64,000 nucleotides of DNA from the human T2T-CHM13v2.0 reference genome, Homo sapiens: NCBI RefSeq assembly GCF_009914755.1, contig NC_060926.1; one strand, written 5' to 3'. This document shows, in pieces, positions 1 to 14,334 of the stretch. The notes under the pieces were generated by a model. That model did no database searches and was not told the DNA's origin. It was given only the letters and a program-made list of their open reading frames with translations. The translations under genes and the position numbers were made by a program. Numbering within the stretch: position 1 is the stretch's first letter; each line of letters opens with the position of its first letter.

Positions 1-889
1 CACCACAAGATACACTCTATTTAGGGCTTTATGTTCTAGATATTTTGTGAAAATTTGAGGCATTATTTTTATAATTGCAAAACTAGATAGTAAGCCATTA
101 TTAGTATTATCAATTAATGAAATCTACAAATAAGCCAACACTGAAGAACTTAATAATGAAAATGTTAATCTACAATTGCCACAAAAGCTGCCTGCAAAAT
201 TTTCTCCCTCAAATTTTGCTACCAATAACAACATTATGGGAGAAATAACATGGTGTTACAATAAGAAATGTTATAAAATGTCATAGCTCTATAGTTTAGA
301 CCGTGCTGGGTTGTAAAATGGTACAAGGAATTCTCAAAATTTTTTGCTGCTATAGACTGGGAGCTCTTTGTAAAATTGGTGCTGTTCTATGGATAGATAA
401 GATCACAGTTTTCTTGTTGGTGTGATGTTTGTATGCTTCTATTTGACATAGATCACTTACATCTATAAATATAATGAATGAATTAGAAACAGAACCAAGA
501 ACCACATTTAATTTCCAGTTAGATTTGTTTATTAGAATTTTACAGTAATAAGACATTTTTCCTTCAGGATTAGAAATCTGTTATATTTACCTTTGAGATC
601 TCATAGTGCCACGTATAATTTATTTCTACATAGAGTGTATCACTGTATGTTTGTTGAATTTGGTTGAAATCAAAATACCTATAGAGTGTGTAAAAGAATT
701 AAATGTATTTTGGCAGAGATTTTCAGTGTTTAAACATATATTTACCACCAACATATTAAAAATTATGACCTATATGGTCTGTATGATCCAGTAATTAAAA
801 TATAGGAATGTGTTATCTAAAACAATGTACATATCTGGAGGATGCATAAACATAATTTAGTTGCTTCCACAAAGTAAAAAGGGCAAGTG

Positions 890-1118
890 TATTGTAGTAA
901 TTCAGAATATGGGTGTTGGATTCCAATGACCTGGGTTCTAATCCCAGCTCTGCCACTTAATAGGCAACTTTATTTTCAAAAGCATCAGCGAGTTCATCCA
1001 AAATAAGAGTAATACAAATGCCAACCCCGTAAGTATGTTCTAAATATAAATATCACAAATGCAAAGTATTTGGCACAGAGCTTGGCTCAGTAAGTACTAA
1101 CAAAGATTTGCTGTTGTT
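890..1118 (+). mobile_element. MIR SINE (degraded)
   Basis: MIR core 'ctgggttctaatcccagctctgccactta' and 3' part 'tggcacagagcttggctcagtaagtact'; boundaries approximate. Confidence 0.75.
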
Positions 1119-1883
1119 AGATACACTTGCATTATCTCTTTCTTTCTCAACCTGTAGAAGGGAAGCTGTTGGTAAATAGGAAAAGCAATATAAAATTACT
1201 CTGCAGCATGTTATATAATTTTGAGTGAGCATGTGTCCTTATTTACAAATTAATAACAGAAAGTTTGAAGCCCCAGCAAGGAGATCTAGAATAAATCACT
1301 TAAATTTTATAAATTCGTACCTATAAATTGAGAAAAACAATAGCTACTTTGGTTAGCTTAAGTAATTGCCATCAAAAGGAATTTTAAAATATAAAACATT
1401 AAACAAATGAAATGGACACAAAACATGCTCTTGACTGTGACAGTTTGCACATAGTGACTTTCAATTTTAAATTGTTCACAGACATCACAGGATATTAAAA
1501 ATATGGATGGCAAGAGCCAGATAAGTGGAAAATTAGTTCTGGAAATAATGTTTGTTCAGGTTGTTAGAGCAAGTCCATTTTTTTCCCTCAGGCAGATATT
1601 TTGAAGGTTGTGCTGGCTTCATTTTCTAAAGAGAAGGGAAAAGAACAGAAAGTTAATCATCTCTGTTCATGTGTCATGTACCTGAGAAGCTGCTCAATAA
1701 ATATTAATTGATGAAGATGATATTGTAAGGACGATGTTTTGTGAAATTGATTCATAAAAGTCAGCCTTCGGCGACTCTACCAATGTGATTGGGTGTGTCC
1801 GGCATGTTTTATTTAACTCTTTTTGTAAGAAGATCATGTTAAATTAAACACGTTTGATTGGGATCCTGAGCCTAGGTATTTCT

Positions 1884-1934
1884 TTCCTTCCTTCCTTCCT
1901 TCCTTCCTTCCTTCCTTCCTTCCTTCCTTCCTTC
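1884..1934. repeat. (TTCC)n microsatellite
   Basis: direct tandem repeat; produces the PSFL repeat in ORF 1854..2195. Confidence 0.97.
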
Positions 1935-2315
1935 CCCCATCCCACTTTATTTCTCTCTCTTTTCCTTTTTAACTTTTTTGTATCCCTACATTGCTTGTTT
2001 ATATACTGTACACTTAAACCATCATTCTATCTGGTAGAGATAGCAACTAGATCAAGTTTGAAACATGTTTTCTCTTTAGATGTAGCCCTTGAAAATTTTT
2101 ACTTGATAAACTTGGAAGATCAGAGGAGAGATAAGCTAATGTGTTTTTCTTCAATTGCCATTCACAGACACTCAAGGCTGAGATGGTCTTTCTGAGAAGC
2201 CCATTTTATGGAACGTTATGTGACTGTCACGACCTGCAGACATGAGCACTGGGCATAGTAAGCTGGGAATGGATCTGGCCCAGAGACTGGTCTGAAACTT
2301 TAGTTTAAAAAATAG

Positions 2316-2543
2316 CAATGAGAACACATGGACACAGGGAGAGGAACATCACACACTGGGGCCTGTCAGGGGGTGGAGGGCAAGGGGAGAGAGAGCATTA
2401 GGACAAATACTTAATGCGTGCGGGGCTTAAAAACTAGATGATGGGTTGATAGGTGCAGCAAACCACCATGGCACATGTGTACCCGGGTAACAAACCTGCA
2501 CATTCTGCACATGTATCCCAGAACTTAAAGTAGTAAAAAAAAA
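2316..2543 (+). mobile_element. 5'-truncated L1PA (about L1PA8-like) 3' UTR end
   Basis: 'gagaacacatggacacaggg...cccagaacttaaagta' plus A tail; TSD aaaaaatagca at 2307-2317 and 2538-2548. Confidence 0.92.
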
Positions 2544-2992
2544 TAGCAGCCTGACTCCCTGGAACGTTATCTTAGTGCTATATATGCCTGAACCAGTACC
2601 TAGAATACGTTCCTGCCTTGTATTAATGCCTCATTATTTCACACGACTTTGGCTTACACACAAAGGAATATTTATCACATAAAACCATACCAGAATAGCC
2701 TTTTTTAAAAACTCTTTGTTTATCCAAGAGTTTTATTTTTCATGAAATGCAATTATTAATAATTAGAGAAGTCATAGAATTCCTGATTGTAATCTCAAAA
2801 TATTTATCACTGAGTTGCAGCTTTGCCTTGAGCCCAATCTACGTGCAAAAAAGAGGGGCTTAGCTATGGACGAGAAAGCCAAGTACACAAATAACTAGAA
2901 CACCTAACAAAATGTCTCAGACTATAGGAATAATCCATGTTATCTAGCAGACTAGAAGGAAATATTGTTTCTGACTTGGTGAGACTGCTGTA

Positions 2993-2994
<2 letters not shown>

Positions 2995-3031
<37 letters not shown>
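2995..3031. repeat. (TG)n microsatellite
   Basis: pure dinucleotide run. Confidence 0.97.
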
Positions 3032-3036
<5 letters not shown>

Positions 3037-3352
3037 CTATTTTATGATTTTCTTCATTCCCTCTATAGCCATTTGTCTTGATTAGATTTCTAATAATAGC
3101 CCTCTCTTCTAACATGGGAATTTTTTTGTATACATGTCTGAGAGCTGCCTATTTTTATTACCTTTTCCTGTACATACGAGGATCTCTGTCTCTGCCTCTC
3201 TCTTCTCACATCTTTGGAATCACAACAGTTTATCCGAAAAAGTCTTGAAATGTATCATTTGGAATCAGTTATTCTGGAGACATGCTGTACTGCCTCTTCA
3301 AAGCTTAGATTCAAGCTTTGAATGATTTCTGAATGGTATTCTCATTAAATAA

Positions 3353-3677
<325 letters not shown>

Positions 3678-4744
3678 TTGCTAATCGTTTCTTAGTCTCG
3701 TCCATTCTGGCATTTATTTGTTCAATTTTACTCAGTCTCCTCTTTTTTTTAATATCTCAAAGTGACCCTTATTTTTGTGCCATTTAATTTTTCTCTTCAA
3801 TGGCATCTCCAAACAATGGCAGCTTTTTTTTTAATGTCCTTCCCCTGCCATGTCATTTTGTCTTTGTTTTCTTTGTGTGCCTGCTTTAAGCTCTTGTTGT
3901 CCAAAGACTATTACTCATATTTGAATGATTTACATTCTTCTGAGACAAGTTATTTTAGGCAGTTTATGTGAAGGAAGGGCTAGCATTCTGTTCTAGAAAA
4001 AATTAAAACCTGGAACAGAGTGTGTGTTGGGCGGGAGGGTGGGTGGGGAGGGTAAGACAGAGAGAGAAAAAAAAAACACGAGAATACAAGCGCTTTGGTT
4101 TGATTTTCTTTACTTCTAGACATTCCTTATTCTGACAGATAGCTGGCTGGTCACAACTTGTCCTTTCCTCCTCTCTGCTTTACCTTTGGATAAATCCTTC
4201 ATTAATGCTGCTACTGTGGATTCTCTTATTTATTCCAGCAGCTCTAATCTGTAGTATCTAAAAGGATCCAGAGAAATACACTCAGCAGCGCATGTCTCTT
4301 GTTGCCATTATTCCTAACAACAGTGTTGGCTTCTTCTCTCAGGGTGAGGCACCTGCCTTGAGACTCTTTGGATTCTCCTAATCCTGTCTGCTGCACCTGT
4401 GGCAGCAGCCATGTTTGATATAAACTTTTCTTGGCCTGACAACCCTCCTCAAATGTTGCATGTGGCGTTACAGTGTGTCCTAGTTAGATAGAAGAGTTTC
4501 CGTGTGTACTTCTTATCCTCCCTCTAATTTCAGAGATAAAAATAGAAAAACATATCCTTATTCTGCCACCTTAAAATGAAAAGTCTTGATAGTCTTTTTT
4601 TAAAAATTCTAGCTGTAATTTTATGACATTTATTTGGGATAAAATGGGAAATAGAGTTGTCAGTCTCTTTAGTCGAATCTTTACTGAGGACTATTCATAT
4701 GTTTTGCATTGACCTGACAACACAAACACAATGAAATAAAAATG

Positions 4745-4845
4745 ATACTAGCTGAGGTTTGAGTGTGCTTACAATATTGTCCTAAGCCTTTACACATATC
4801 AGCTCATTTAATCTTCATAATCACCCGATGAAGTAGATGTTATTT
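4745..4845 (-). mobile_element. MIR fragment
   Basis: 'ctcatttaatcttcataatcacccgatgaagtagatgttatt' MIR antisense core. Confidence 0.65.
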
Positions 4846-5864
4846 TGGGCTGGACTAACTTTAAATACTCAGAAAATAGTATATTGCAGCTTGCAATGTA
4901 TAGTGTAGCAGAGTTTATGTCGTACTCAGCAAAGCAACTTTACCAGATTCATTATTCAATTTTTACCATTGCTAAATGTGTTTCCCAAGTCAGACAAAAC
5001 AGTGAGGTCAATAACAGATATACATTTCCTTATCAATCGATTCTTAGAAATATGTCGTTAAACGATTATCACACTTGACAGTGGAAGGACTATGGAAGAG
5101 CTAATCCTTTTGAAATTGACAGGAGCTTGGAGATTGGGGCTGGACAGATCACGTAACAGGCTGCTAAGGGCAGGCTTTGCCTAGTCAGGAAAAGCTTGGA
5201 TGCCCACCTCACTTAGTGTGATCTTTCATGAGAAAAAAAACCCAAATAACTGAAACAGAAGCCTACATCAGCAAATTTCTGTTCCAATATATATGGTAGC
5301 ATCTCACTCTTTCCAGTTATTTTGTAGTGTTCTCAGTGTGATAATATTCTACTATGGAATGAGGAAAAAGCAATGAAGTAAAGAGGAGATGAAGGCTATT
5401 ACCATGCATTTTTCTGAAATATTTTTAATTTATTTGCTGCACCCAAAGGAGGAGGCCTCCTCCTTTCTTAATTAGATGTCTGGTGATTATATATGTTTAA
5501 TTTAGTTGAAACTTTCTGGTGGTCCAGAAAAGTATTGGAATTGGCTGTCTGTATAGGAAGTTAGCCCAGAAACCATTCTGTACTATTTCCTTTCTGCATT
5601 ATTTTTAATATCAAGTTCATGTTGATTCATATGGTGCTTAGTACAGTAAGTCTTACATAGTGCAAAATCAATAAGTGTTTTTTGAATTAAATGTAAATTC
5701 TAGTATGGGTTAAACTATTGCCCTCTTTGTGGTATTCTGTCTGATCAGACTTCTTAATCAGGGTAAGTATCAGACTAACCACAATTATATGACAAAAGAA
5801 AAGAAAGTTCCTTAAGAAATGACCAGCAAATAGCTTCTTAGCATTCTTACTATATAACAGTCAA

Positions 5865-6070
5865 GATTGTAGCACTCAAGATTATATTATTTAGATTCAA
5901 ACTGACCTGCTTTTAAATTCAAGAGCTACCTTTCCTTGTTGTGAAAATTTGGGTAAATTATTCATATTTTCATTTTCTTCATTTCTAAAGTGAAGCTAAT
6001 ATGTGTTTCCAAGACTTTATGAGGATTAACAGAGAAAAATTAATTGAAACACCTTTCATCAAGGCCACAC
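5865..6070 (+). mobile_element. MIR fragment
   Basis: 'ttgggtaaattattcat...ttatgaggattaac' MIR-like; approximate limits. Confidence 0.55.
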
Positions 6071-7221
6071 ATTTACTAAAGCAAAAGAGATGAATGCTGT
6101 CTCTAAGACTCTTGAAGTTCAAGAGTCTGGGCAGGCCAGGCTGAGAACAAAGTCCCTGAAATTCTGCTAATGCCCTTTTGCTTTTTATTGGGCTAAAAAG
6201 CACTTTTTATTGGGCCACTTTAAAATCTATTGTTGCATCTTAAGTCTCATATATGATGGCATCCTTATAGAATGACCTAACCTTTTCTGCAGTAAAAAAA
6301 GGTCATTACCCGTTCTCATACAACATCGGTAAGGCAAATCAACATGTGTTCTTATAACAACCAATATATTGAGTAGATCTTTATTACTGAGTGGGAAGAT
6401 GGCGATAAAAAAATTAGACAAACAAATATAACATTTCTGCCACTTTTTAAAACCATTGATCTCAAGACAAAATATTCTCATAATCTCGGATATGATATGC
6501 AATGCATATGGTGTTCCTATCTTCTTTTGGACCATGTATTGCCTTCTCCTGAGCTCCTTCTAGAAGCTTCCATGCTCTTGTCACCAAGAAAGCTGATGAA
6601 CATGTTTTCATCTCCATCATTTGAGAAAAGGATTTTTAATCCACCAAGTGCTAGAGCTCTGACCCATAACCAGATCTTGTTCTTTTTAAATCTCAATTTC
6701 CTACTTCTGCCATCAGAAATGGAGTCTGCTTCTCTAGCCCACCTTGTACAAGATTTCTTAAATGTAGGTTCATTGATAATTAGCTTAATTATTCTTAGAA
6801 AAATTTATTACGAATTATTTCGTATGTATTCCACATGTTTATCTTCTATTTTACAGCAAACTTTATATAATAAAAAAAGGAACATCTAGTCATGAGCACA
6901 CAAAGATATATAATTCCTTTACTCATGAGAGTTCATGAGTTCATTGTAAACAGTTTCAGTCATTTCAAAGTATCATTTTCTTTCCTTTTTGTTTTGTTTT
7001 GTTTTTGCTTTTGGTAAAATTATTACCAGGTATTCTTAAGACAGTTTCCTAACCAACATCAAACTTGATATGTGATACATTCAATTAAGAGTAACTGTTG
7101 ATTATTATTTATTGTTTAAGATAATATGGCATTGCGCATACAGATGGCGCTCTTTCAATCAAAATCTAAGATTTATAAGGCTTTCTTGTTGCCATACTAA
7201 GAATAAATAAAAAACACAAGT

Positions 7222-7264
7222 GGAAGGAAGGAACGAAGGAAGGAAGGAGGAAGGAAGGAAGGAA
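7222..7264. repeat. (GGAA)n imperfect microsatellite
   Basis: direct tandem repeat. Confidence 0.9.
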
Positions 7265-7465
7265 AAAAAAAAAGTCCCTGGAAAAGTCAGACAGAGATTC
7301 AAAGATTGCCACTAAGTGGCACTTTGATCTGGGGCAAGTTTGTTTGTTAACCATTTTGAGCCTCAATATTCTCAGCTCTATGTACCTGTATCTCAAGTAT
7401 ATGGTAGTAGCCAAATGAGTTAATTTATATAAGCACTTATTGCTGTGCTTAAGAAACATAAGGCA

Positions 7466-7780
7466 GGCCAGGCGCTGGGGCTCATGCCCGTAATCCCAGC
7501 ACTTTGGGAAGCTGAGGTGGGTGTATCACTTGAGGTCAGGAGTTCGAGATCAGCCTGACCAACATAGTGAGACCCCGCTTCTACTAAAAATACAAAAATT
7601 AGCAGGACTTGGTAGTGCTCACCTGTAATCCCAGCTACTCAGGAGGCTGAGGCAGGAGAATCGCTTGAACTAGGAGGCGGAGGTTTCAGTGAGTCGACAT
7701 TGTGTCACTTTACTCCAGCCTGAGTGACAGACTGAGATTCAATCTCAAAACAACAATAACAAAAAAAAAAAAAGAAAGAA
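7466..7780 (+). mobile_element. AluS (Sx/Sz-like), full length
   Basis: both monomers and A tail; TSD aagaaa(ca/tt)taaggca at 7451-7465 and 7781-7795; adjacent to a MIR at ~7300-7450. Confidence 0.96.
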
Positions 7781-10094
7781 AAGAAATTTAAGGCACAATG
7801 TCTATTATTTTTCTTTTGCTCCTCCCCCTATCCTATAGTCATGGACTTTGGCACTTGCAGAGTGAGAGAAAATAATATCTACTGAAACGTATGCTCCTTT
7901 TCATCCTGAGTCAAAATAACTCTTTTGGGATATTTTTTAAAAGGGAGACACCTAATGAGATAAGCCTAGTTTATAATTTCATCAAGACTATAGTGCCTAG
8001 TACAAATAAAAGCCTTCCTTATTCGATGATGTAGAATTGCATTCTCTTGAGGTGTATCACATATACAGATGAACAAAACTGAATGCCTAGGATCGGGGGA
8101 AGGAAAGAACTGTACCCCAATAATAGGATGAACAAATAATTAAGGATGTTTCAGGAAATGTAGAAAAATAATGATTACCAGTAACTTACATTTAATTCTA
8201 TTGGTCTGATTATACCAAAGTGAATAACAAACCTTATACTTAACCTGTATATGTTCTTATGAAAGGGCTGCCAGAAAACACAAGCTGCCGTGGTCTGGAT
8301 ATTGGGAGTGGGATGTCTTACAATATCGTTTTGATAGCGTTCATCTGTCTAAGGGTTAAAGTGAAAGAAAAAGTGTAGCAAGGACGAGGAGATAAAGGGT
8401 CCTTGGCCACTGAAAACACAAGAAGATCATCACTGGTTTTAGCCACTTAGGCAGCCACAGAAAATGTTGATTTTAGAACAGAGTGTCATCCCTTTGACCT
8501 TAGGTATCTAATGCTTGGATTTGGGAAAGGAGGACTAATGAAGTTGTATTATCTTCAGTAGGTTCTGGAAACCCTGATGGCAGGCAATGACTTGGAAGGA
8601 AACAAATGTCATTAGGACAGTATGTAATGTTGGCTCCTTTCAATATTAAGCACCAGCAACTTCAGAAAAGGCAGGGCCAACAGCAGGAATGGTGACATCT
8701 TAAGCAGGTGTCAGTAACCCAGCATTGCATTTGGTGTTAGCAGGGGCAGAAGCATTATACAATTTTGAAGGAAGAAAAGTAAAAAAGCTGACTTTATGTA
8801 ACAAGGGGATTTCATAGAGCATAGTGAGGTCATCTATGAAGACTTTCAGCACGACTTAGGAAGAATTTGAGTGCAAATGCTTTCTCATGACCTTCTAATG
8901 ATGGGAGAACATTACAGTCTTTTCAAAAGCAAGAAGTGGAATAGAAGTAAAAATATAATAATTTATTATGCCATTTGATATTTCTTTTCATCCTTTTTTC
9001 TCACATCTACATCTCATCCCCAAAATAACTTAAGAAACAAAACAAAGCTTAAGTATATTGATTTGTAAACTAGCCGCATGATCTGCTTCTAGATTGCATG
9101 TAGATATTCATAAAAAGTAGACAGTTTTAACTGTGAGTCATAAATTAATTTGCTGAATGCATAAGATGAGAGAGACGAAAGTATTAGTAAAGGAGAGTTT
9201 TTAATTATTTTATTTTTACTTTTAGTCTTCCTCCTTTTTAAAAGATTCTAATAGTGAATTTTACTTGGAAAAAGTTAGTTAACCTAACGTTACTGGCCAC
9301 GCTGCCAGAAGCTGACTTGTTTGGCAAATAGCAAGTATTCCATTTTAAATGTTCACCAAAGAGCACCACCAAGAGGGAGGAAGTAATTGCCTCTGCTTTT
9401 AAAACATGTTCTCAAATATATATTTTTAGCACAATGTCAATTTTTGTAAACTGGATTGTTTTTCTCCTCCTTTTGGAGAAACTGAAGTTCAGATTATCAG
9501 TTATTTTTAAGTTTCTTGAAAGCAAATGCCTAGAACTCTTTACAATAGAAAAAGCAGATGGTCCTCACACAAAGCAAGCTGAACTGATTTTGCTCCAACA
9601 TTTTTGGGCTATAGTAACATACTTGAAATCGTGTTATTTATGATGTACTCCTTTTCTTCAGCCAAAATTTTGCCAGTGACTTTGAACACATTTATTAACA
9701 TTTCACAGCACAGTATGTAATCTGTCTTTGCTTTTGATATTTTGTTCAAAACCAACAGAAGGTCTGCCTCAGAGAATAACAGACAATGATTTGGGAAAAA
9801 AAATAGGGCATAAAAAGTTCACTGTTTTCTTCCCTTTAAAAAAAATCTGTGCATTAGGGGAAAGAGCCCAGTGGATCATAGAATGCAACCTAGAAGATCA
9901 TAGCAATGATATCTTATGGGAACCATCAAGGTTGTAGAAACCAGATGATGTTTCAGATACTGTACAAATCCCTAACAAACTCTGTGATATCATGTGGCAT
10001 CTGAATCAGTTGAACCGATGGCTGGAGGTTTGGCTTCTTCCTCATTTGAACTTTGTTTTCCTATTAGCTGACATGCTGGTTAAGGGTGTAAAAA

Positions 10095-10295
10095 CTCTAA
10101 TTAAATCCTGGTTCTGACCTTAGTACTTGTAGGTCCTCAAACTCATAAAGCATCACTTTCCTTATCTTTACAATGGCAAGAAGGAAATAATAAATATTTC
10201 ATAGGGCTGTTATAAGGTTTAAGTGAGTTAAATAGTGGAAAGTGCTTAGCACAGTTGTTTGCAGATATATAACTCTCAGTAAGTGTTAGTAATTG
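10095..10295 (+). mobile_element. MIR
   Basis: 'cttatctttacaatgg...agggctgttataaggtttaagtgagttaa...aagtgcttagcacag'. Confidence 0.8.
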
Positions 10296-10609
10296 TAATA
10301 AAGCAGGAGCAGGAATCATAACACAAAGATATTCTGTTAATTGTGTGCATATTCCAACACCCATCACAGTCATTGTTATTGGAGGGTTTTCCCTTCTGCA
10401 CAGAGGATAGGCAGCTTCTCCATCTATGAGACAATCTCACTTTCTAAGAAAGAAAATACAGGAGGAAAAAATTAAGACTTTGTGTTTTTGGTTCTGTGGC
10501 AAAGGAAAATGATTAACAATATTGACTTTGGCTATATTATGTTGGGAGTGCTCACATGTGAAAAGAAAAGGAGAGATACAAGGGTTTCTAAACTGAATGT
10601 TATAAATGA

Positions 10610-11002
<393 letters not shown>

Positions 11003-11112
11003 TAGATATTATTATTATTATATTCATTAGATAAGAAAAAGTGTAGTTTAGAAAGGTTAGGTAAATTGCTTAACATCTCATAGCCGGGCCTACTGACTTG
11101 AAACTCCACACT

Positions 11113-11114
<2 letters not shown>

Positions 11115-11164
<50 letters not shown>

Positions 11165-11166
11165 AC
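11115..11166. repeat. (CA)n microsatellite
   Basis: pure dinucleotide run. Confidence 0.97.
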
Positions 11167-11391
11167 GGACACATTAACATACATGAACATATATGCATAT
11201 ATATGCACAACACATTTATACACACACACATATTTGAGAGTGAATATGCTATCTGTACCACTGTGTTGAATATACCCAAATATATTCTGCCAAATATAAA
11301 CACATAATTTGGGGCCATGTAAATTAAGATGTTAGTTGCAAAGATAAAGAATTCACATACACAAATTGTACTTGAAAATGAATTAGAAGTA

Positions 11392-11813
11392 CAGTAGTAC
11401 TGCCTTATGCATGGTTTCAATTTCAGTTTCAGTGGTTTCAGTTACCCATGGTGAACTGCTGTCCAAAAATAGTTGAGTACAACGCAACATGAATTTTGAG
11501 AGACGGGGAGAGATGACCTTACATAGCTATTATTATAGTTTGTTATAATTTTTCTATTATTAATTGTTGTTAATCTCTTAGTGGACCTAATTTATAAATT
11601 AACCTTCATCACAGATATGTATGTATAGGAAAAAACATTATATATATGTGTGTATATATATATGTGTGTGTATATATATATTTACATATATATACACATA
11701 TATATATTCACATATATATGTACACATATCTATATAATTTAGCATTATCCTCAGTTTCAGGCATTCACTGGTGGTCTTGGAACATATACCCCACCGATCA
11801 TGGAGGACTACTG
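11392..11813 (+). mobile_element. MER44A (TcMar-Tigger MITE) with internal (TA/TG)n expansion
   Basis: TIRs CAGTAGT...ACTACTG; TA TSDs at 11390-91 and 11814-15; body matches recalled MER44A; microsatellite ~11639-11735. Confidence 0.9.
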
Positions 11814-12199
11814 TAATTGTCCTAGCTCCCTTTGTTCAAATGATTTTTAACATTTCTGATATGAGATTCAGGTGAGTAAAAATATATACAGCTTATATAG
11901 AAGCACATTACCTATTAGATTCATTTTATTTGTATCTTTTTTGAAGAATATAATCAATTTTAACAAATTGAATTCATTACTTACTCTGAATTGAATTAAA
12001 AATATTTCTTGCCTATCTTATGTGGAAGAGGTCACTGGGGTTTTCAGTCCTCTCAAACACAAGTTATGAATTCATTTCCATTCTTAGGTTGATTCTAGGT
12101 ATAATGAAAGGCTTTGAACAGAATTCAGAAAACATCTTAAAAATTAAGATTTTAGCATTATTCTAAGCAAAAAATGAAGTCGAAAAGCAGGAAATGGAA

Positions 12200-12410
12200 T
12201 TACAATTACTGAGCACTAATATGTTAGAGAGATTTTCACTTATATTGCCGCATTTAATCCTAGTAACATCACAACACTACAACTATTATCCCCATTTGAA
12301 AATGAGGAAATACATTTACAGATAAGGTATTGAGAACACCTTACCTAGTAAACGGCAAAACTAGTAAATGGCCTTCAATTGAATATTTTCCCAACTCCTG
12401 AGACCACGCT
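12200..12410 (-). mobile_element. MIR
   Basis: 'catttaatcctagtaac...tattatccccatttgaaaatgaggaaa'. Confidence 0.7.
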
Positions 12411-13091
12411 ATTGTTACAAAATTACTAGTTTTCTTTCTAATTGAATTTGTCAACCCATAATCATTTTAATAAACTAAAAAGATGAAGGATTAACATTCT
12501 CATGTGGCCACTTCTCAATCCTTTCTGCGTTTTCCATTCTCTGTGAGTCCTCGGCTCTCTCTGAATTTCTGAGTGTGCTTTACTGTTAAATCTTACGAGA
12601 AAGTTAGGAAACAACCCACTGAAGTTGTTACCACTAATTTGCTTGATAACCTTGGAAAAGATTTTGTATTTCACTGAGCCTCAGTACATAGGCACATAAA
12701 CTGAATATAATCCTGCCTAATGCAATTAATTAAGAGGAGAAAATAAGACTATATGTACAAAATGTATGCTACAAAATATTTTTATCATGTCTATTTATCC
12801 TGTTTTAGGGATTTAATTTGTTGTGAATTAGTGGAAAAGGTAAGTTTGAATTTTATTTTTCATTAGAGAACCAAGGAAAAATAAAGGAATAAACAATGAC
12901 TAAACCATAAGAAAGACACAAACCAAAAAAAAAAATAGAGACAAACTACTGGATTGCAATTATAAATTATACTGAAATAGTTCAGTAAAAATCTTGGCTA
13001 AACATCTTGACCCATGCTTCCTTTCTTCCTTTTCCTTTTCCTGTATCAGTCTTGTCTCTTAATGGATATTGTTCAAAGATACTTGGAGTTC

Positions 13092-13386
<295 letters not shown>

Positions 13387-13610
13387 ATACCCAGAGCTCC
13401 TATCTGATGTAAATAAACTTATTACCATTGCAGTTCTGACAGAATATTTAGTTCACACCAAAACCTCCTTCTAGATTTGCTTTCAAAGTCAGGATTTTCA
13501 GGCTGTGCCTTGCCTGAAATTGCTACCAAGTAGGTCAGCACTTAAACTGGCTTTTTTGGGACCTGGTTTCTCCCTTCCTTCTCTCTCTCTTTGTCTCTCT
13601 CATCCCCAGG

Positions 13611-13955
13611 TAAAATGTACAGAATGTTTGCATTTCTCCAAAGGTTTAATCCCAATGTGATGGTATTAGAAAGGCAGGCTTTTGGAAAGTATAATTAGAT
13701 CATCAGAGCAGAGACATCATGATGGGATTACTGCCCTTACAAGATGCACCTGAGAGCTGGCTAGCTCTCTGTCTGCCATGTAAAGGCACAGCAAGAAAAT
13801 GGCTTTGTAAACTAGGAGAAGGCGCCTTGCCAATAACCCAATCCTGCTAACACATTGATCTTGGAATTCCAACCTCTAGCACTGTTAGAAGTAAATGTCG
13901 ATAATTTAAGCCACAGAGTCTACGGTATTCAGTTACAGCAGCCTGAGCTAAGAAA
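13611..13955 (+). mobile_element. MLT1A-type MaLR solo LTR
   Basis: 'cccaatgtgatggtatt...tttaagccac...gttacagcagcctgagctaaga'; 5-bp TSD ccagg on both sides. Confidence 0.85.
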
Positions 13956-14334
13956 CCAGGTTATATGGTAAGTGCTGTTAATACTTGGCAAAAGTCACTA
14001 AAACCCAATTCATGCCTTCAAATACTTAGGAACATTTTGAAGAGACAAGAGTGTAAACAGACAATTTCAATATATTGTAATTAGAACTAGAGCAATTATT
14101 CCAGCCTGGTGTTCCGACTAGAGTTCCCACAGAGATAACAGCTTACACTTGAAGGATGAGTAGGTAATGAGCCAATCAATAAGGCATACAAAGGGCTTTC
14201 CAGGTAAGAGGAAAAGCAAAAATAAAAGCTCAGTCTGAGGAGCAGTATAGTTCCTGAGATCACATATGCCACACTTTGGCATATAGGATAAAGGTTATCT
14301 TTCTTTCTTCCTTTTACATTTTAAATTTTGATGC

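Noticed and set aside
6396-6404. YY1-like motif aagatggcg
   Set aside because: A single short motif with no promoter context.
6227-6889. 102-aa (-) and 130-aa (+) ORFs in unique DNA
   Set aside because: No recognisable homology or splice context; the composition is typical of chance AT-rich ORFs.
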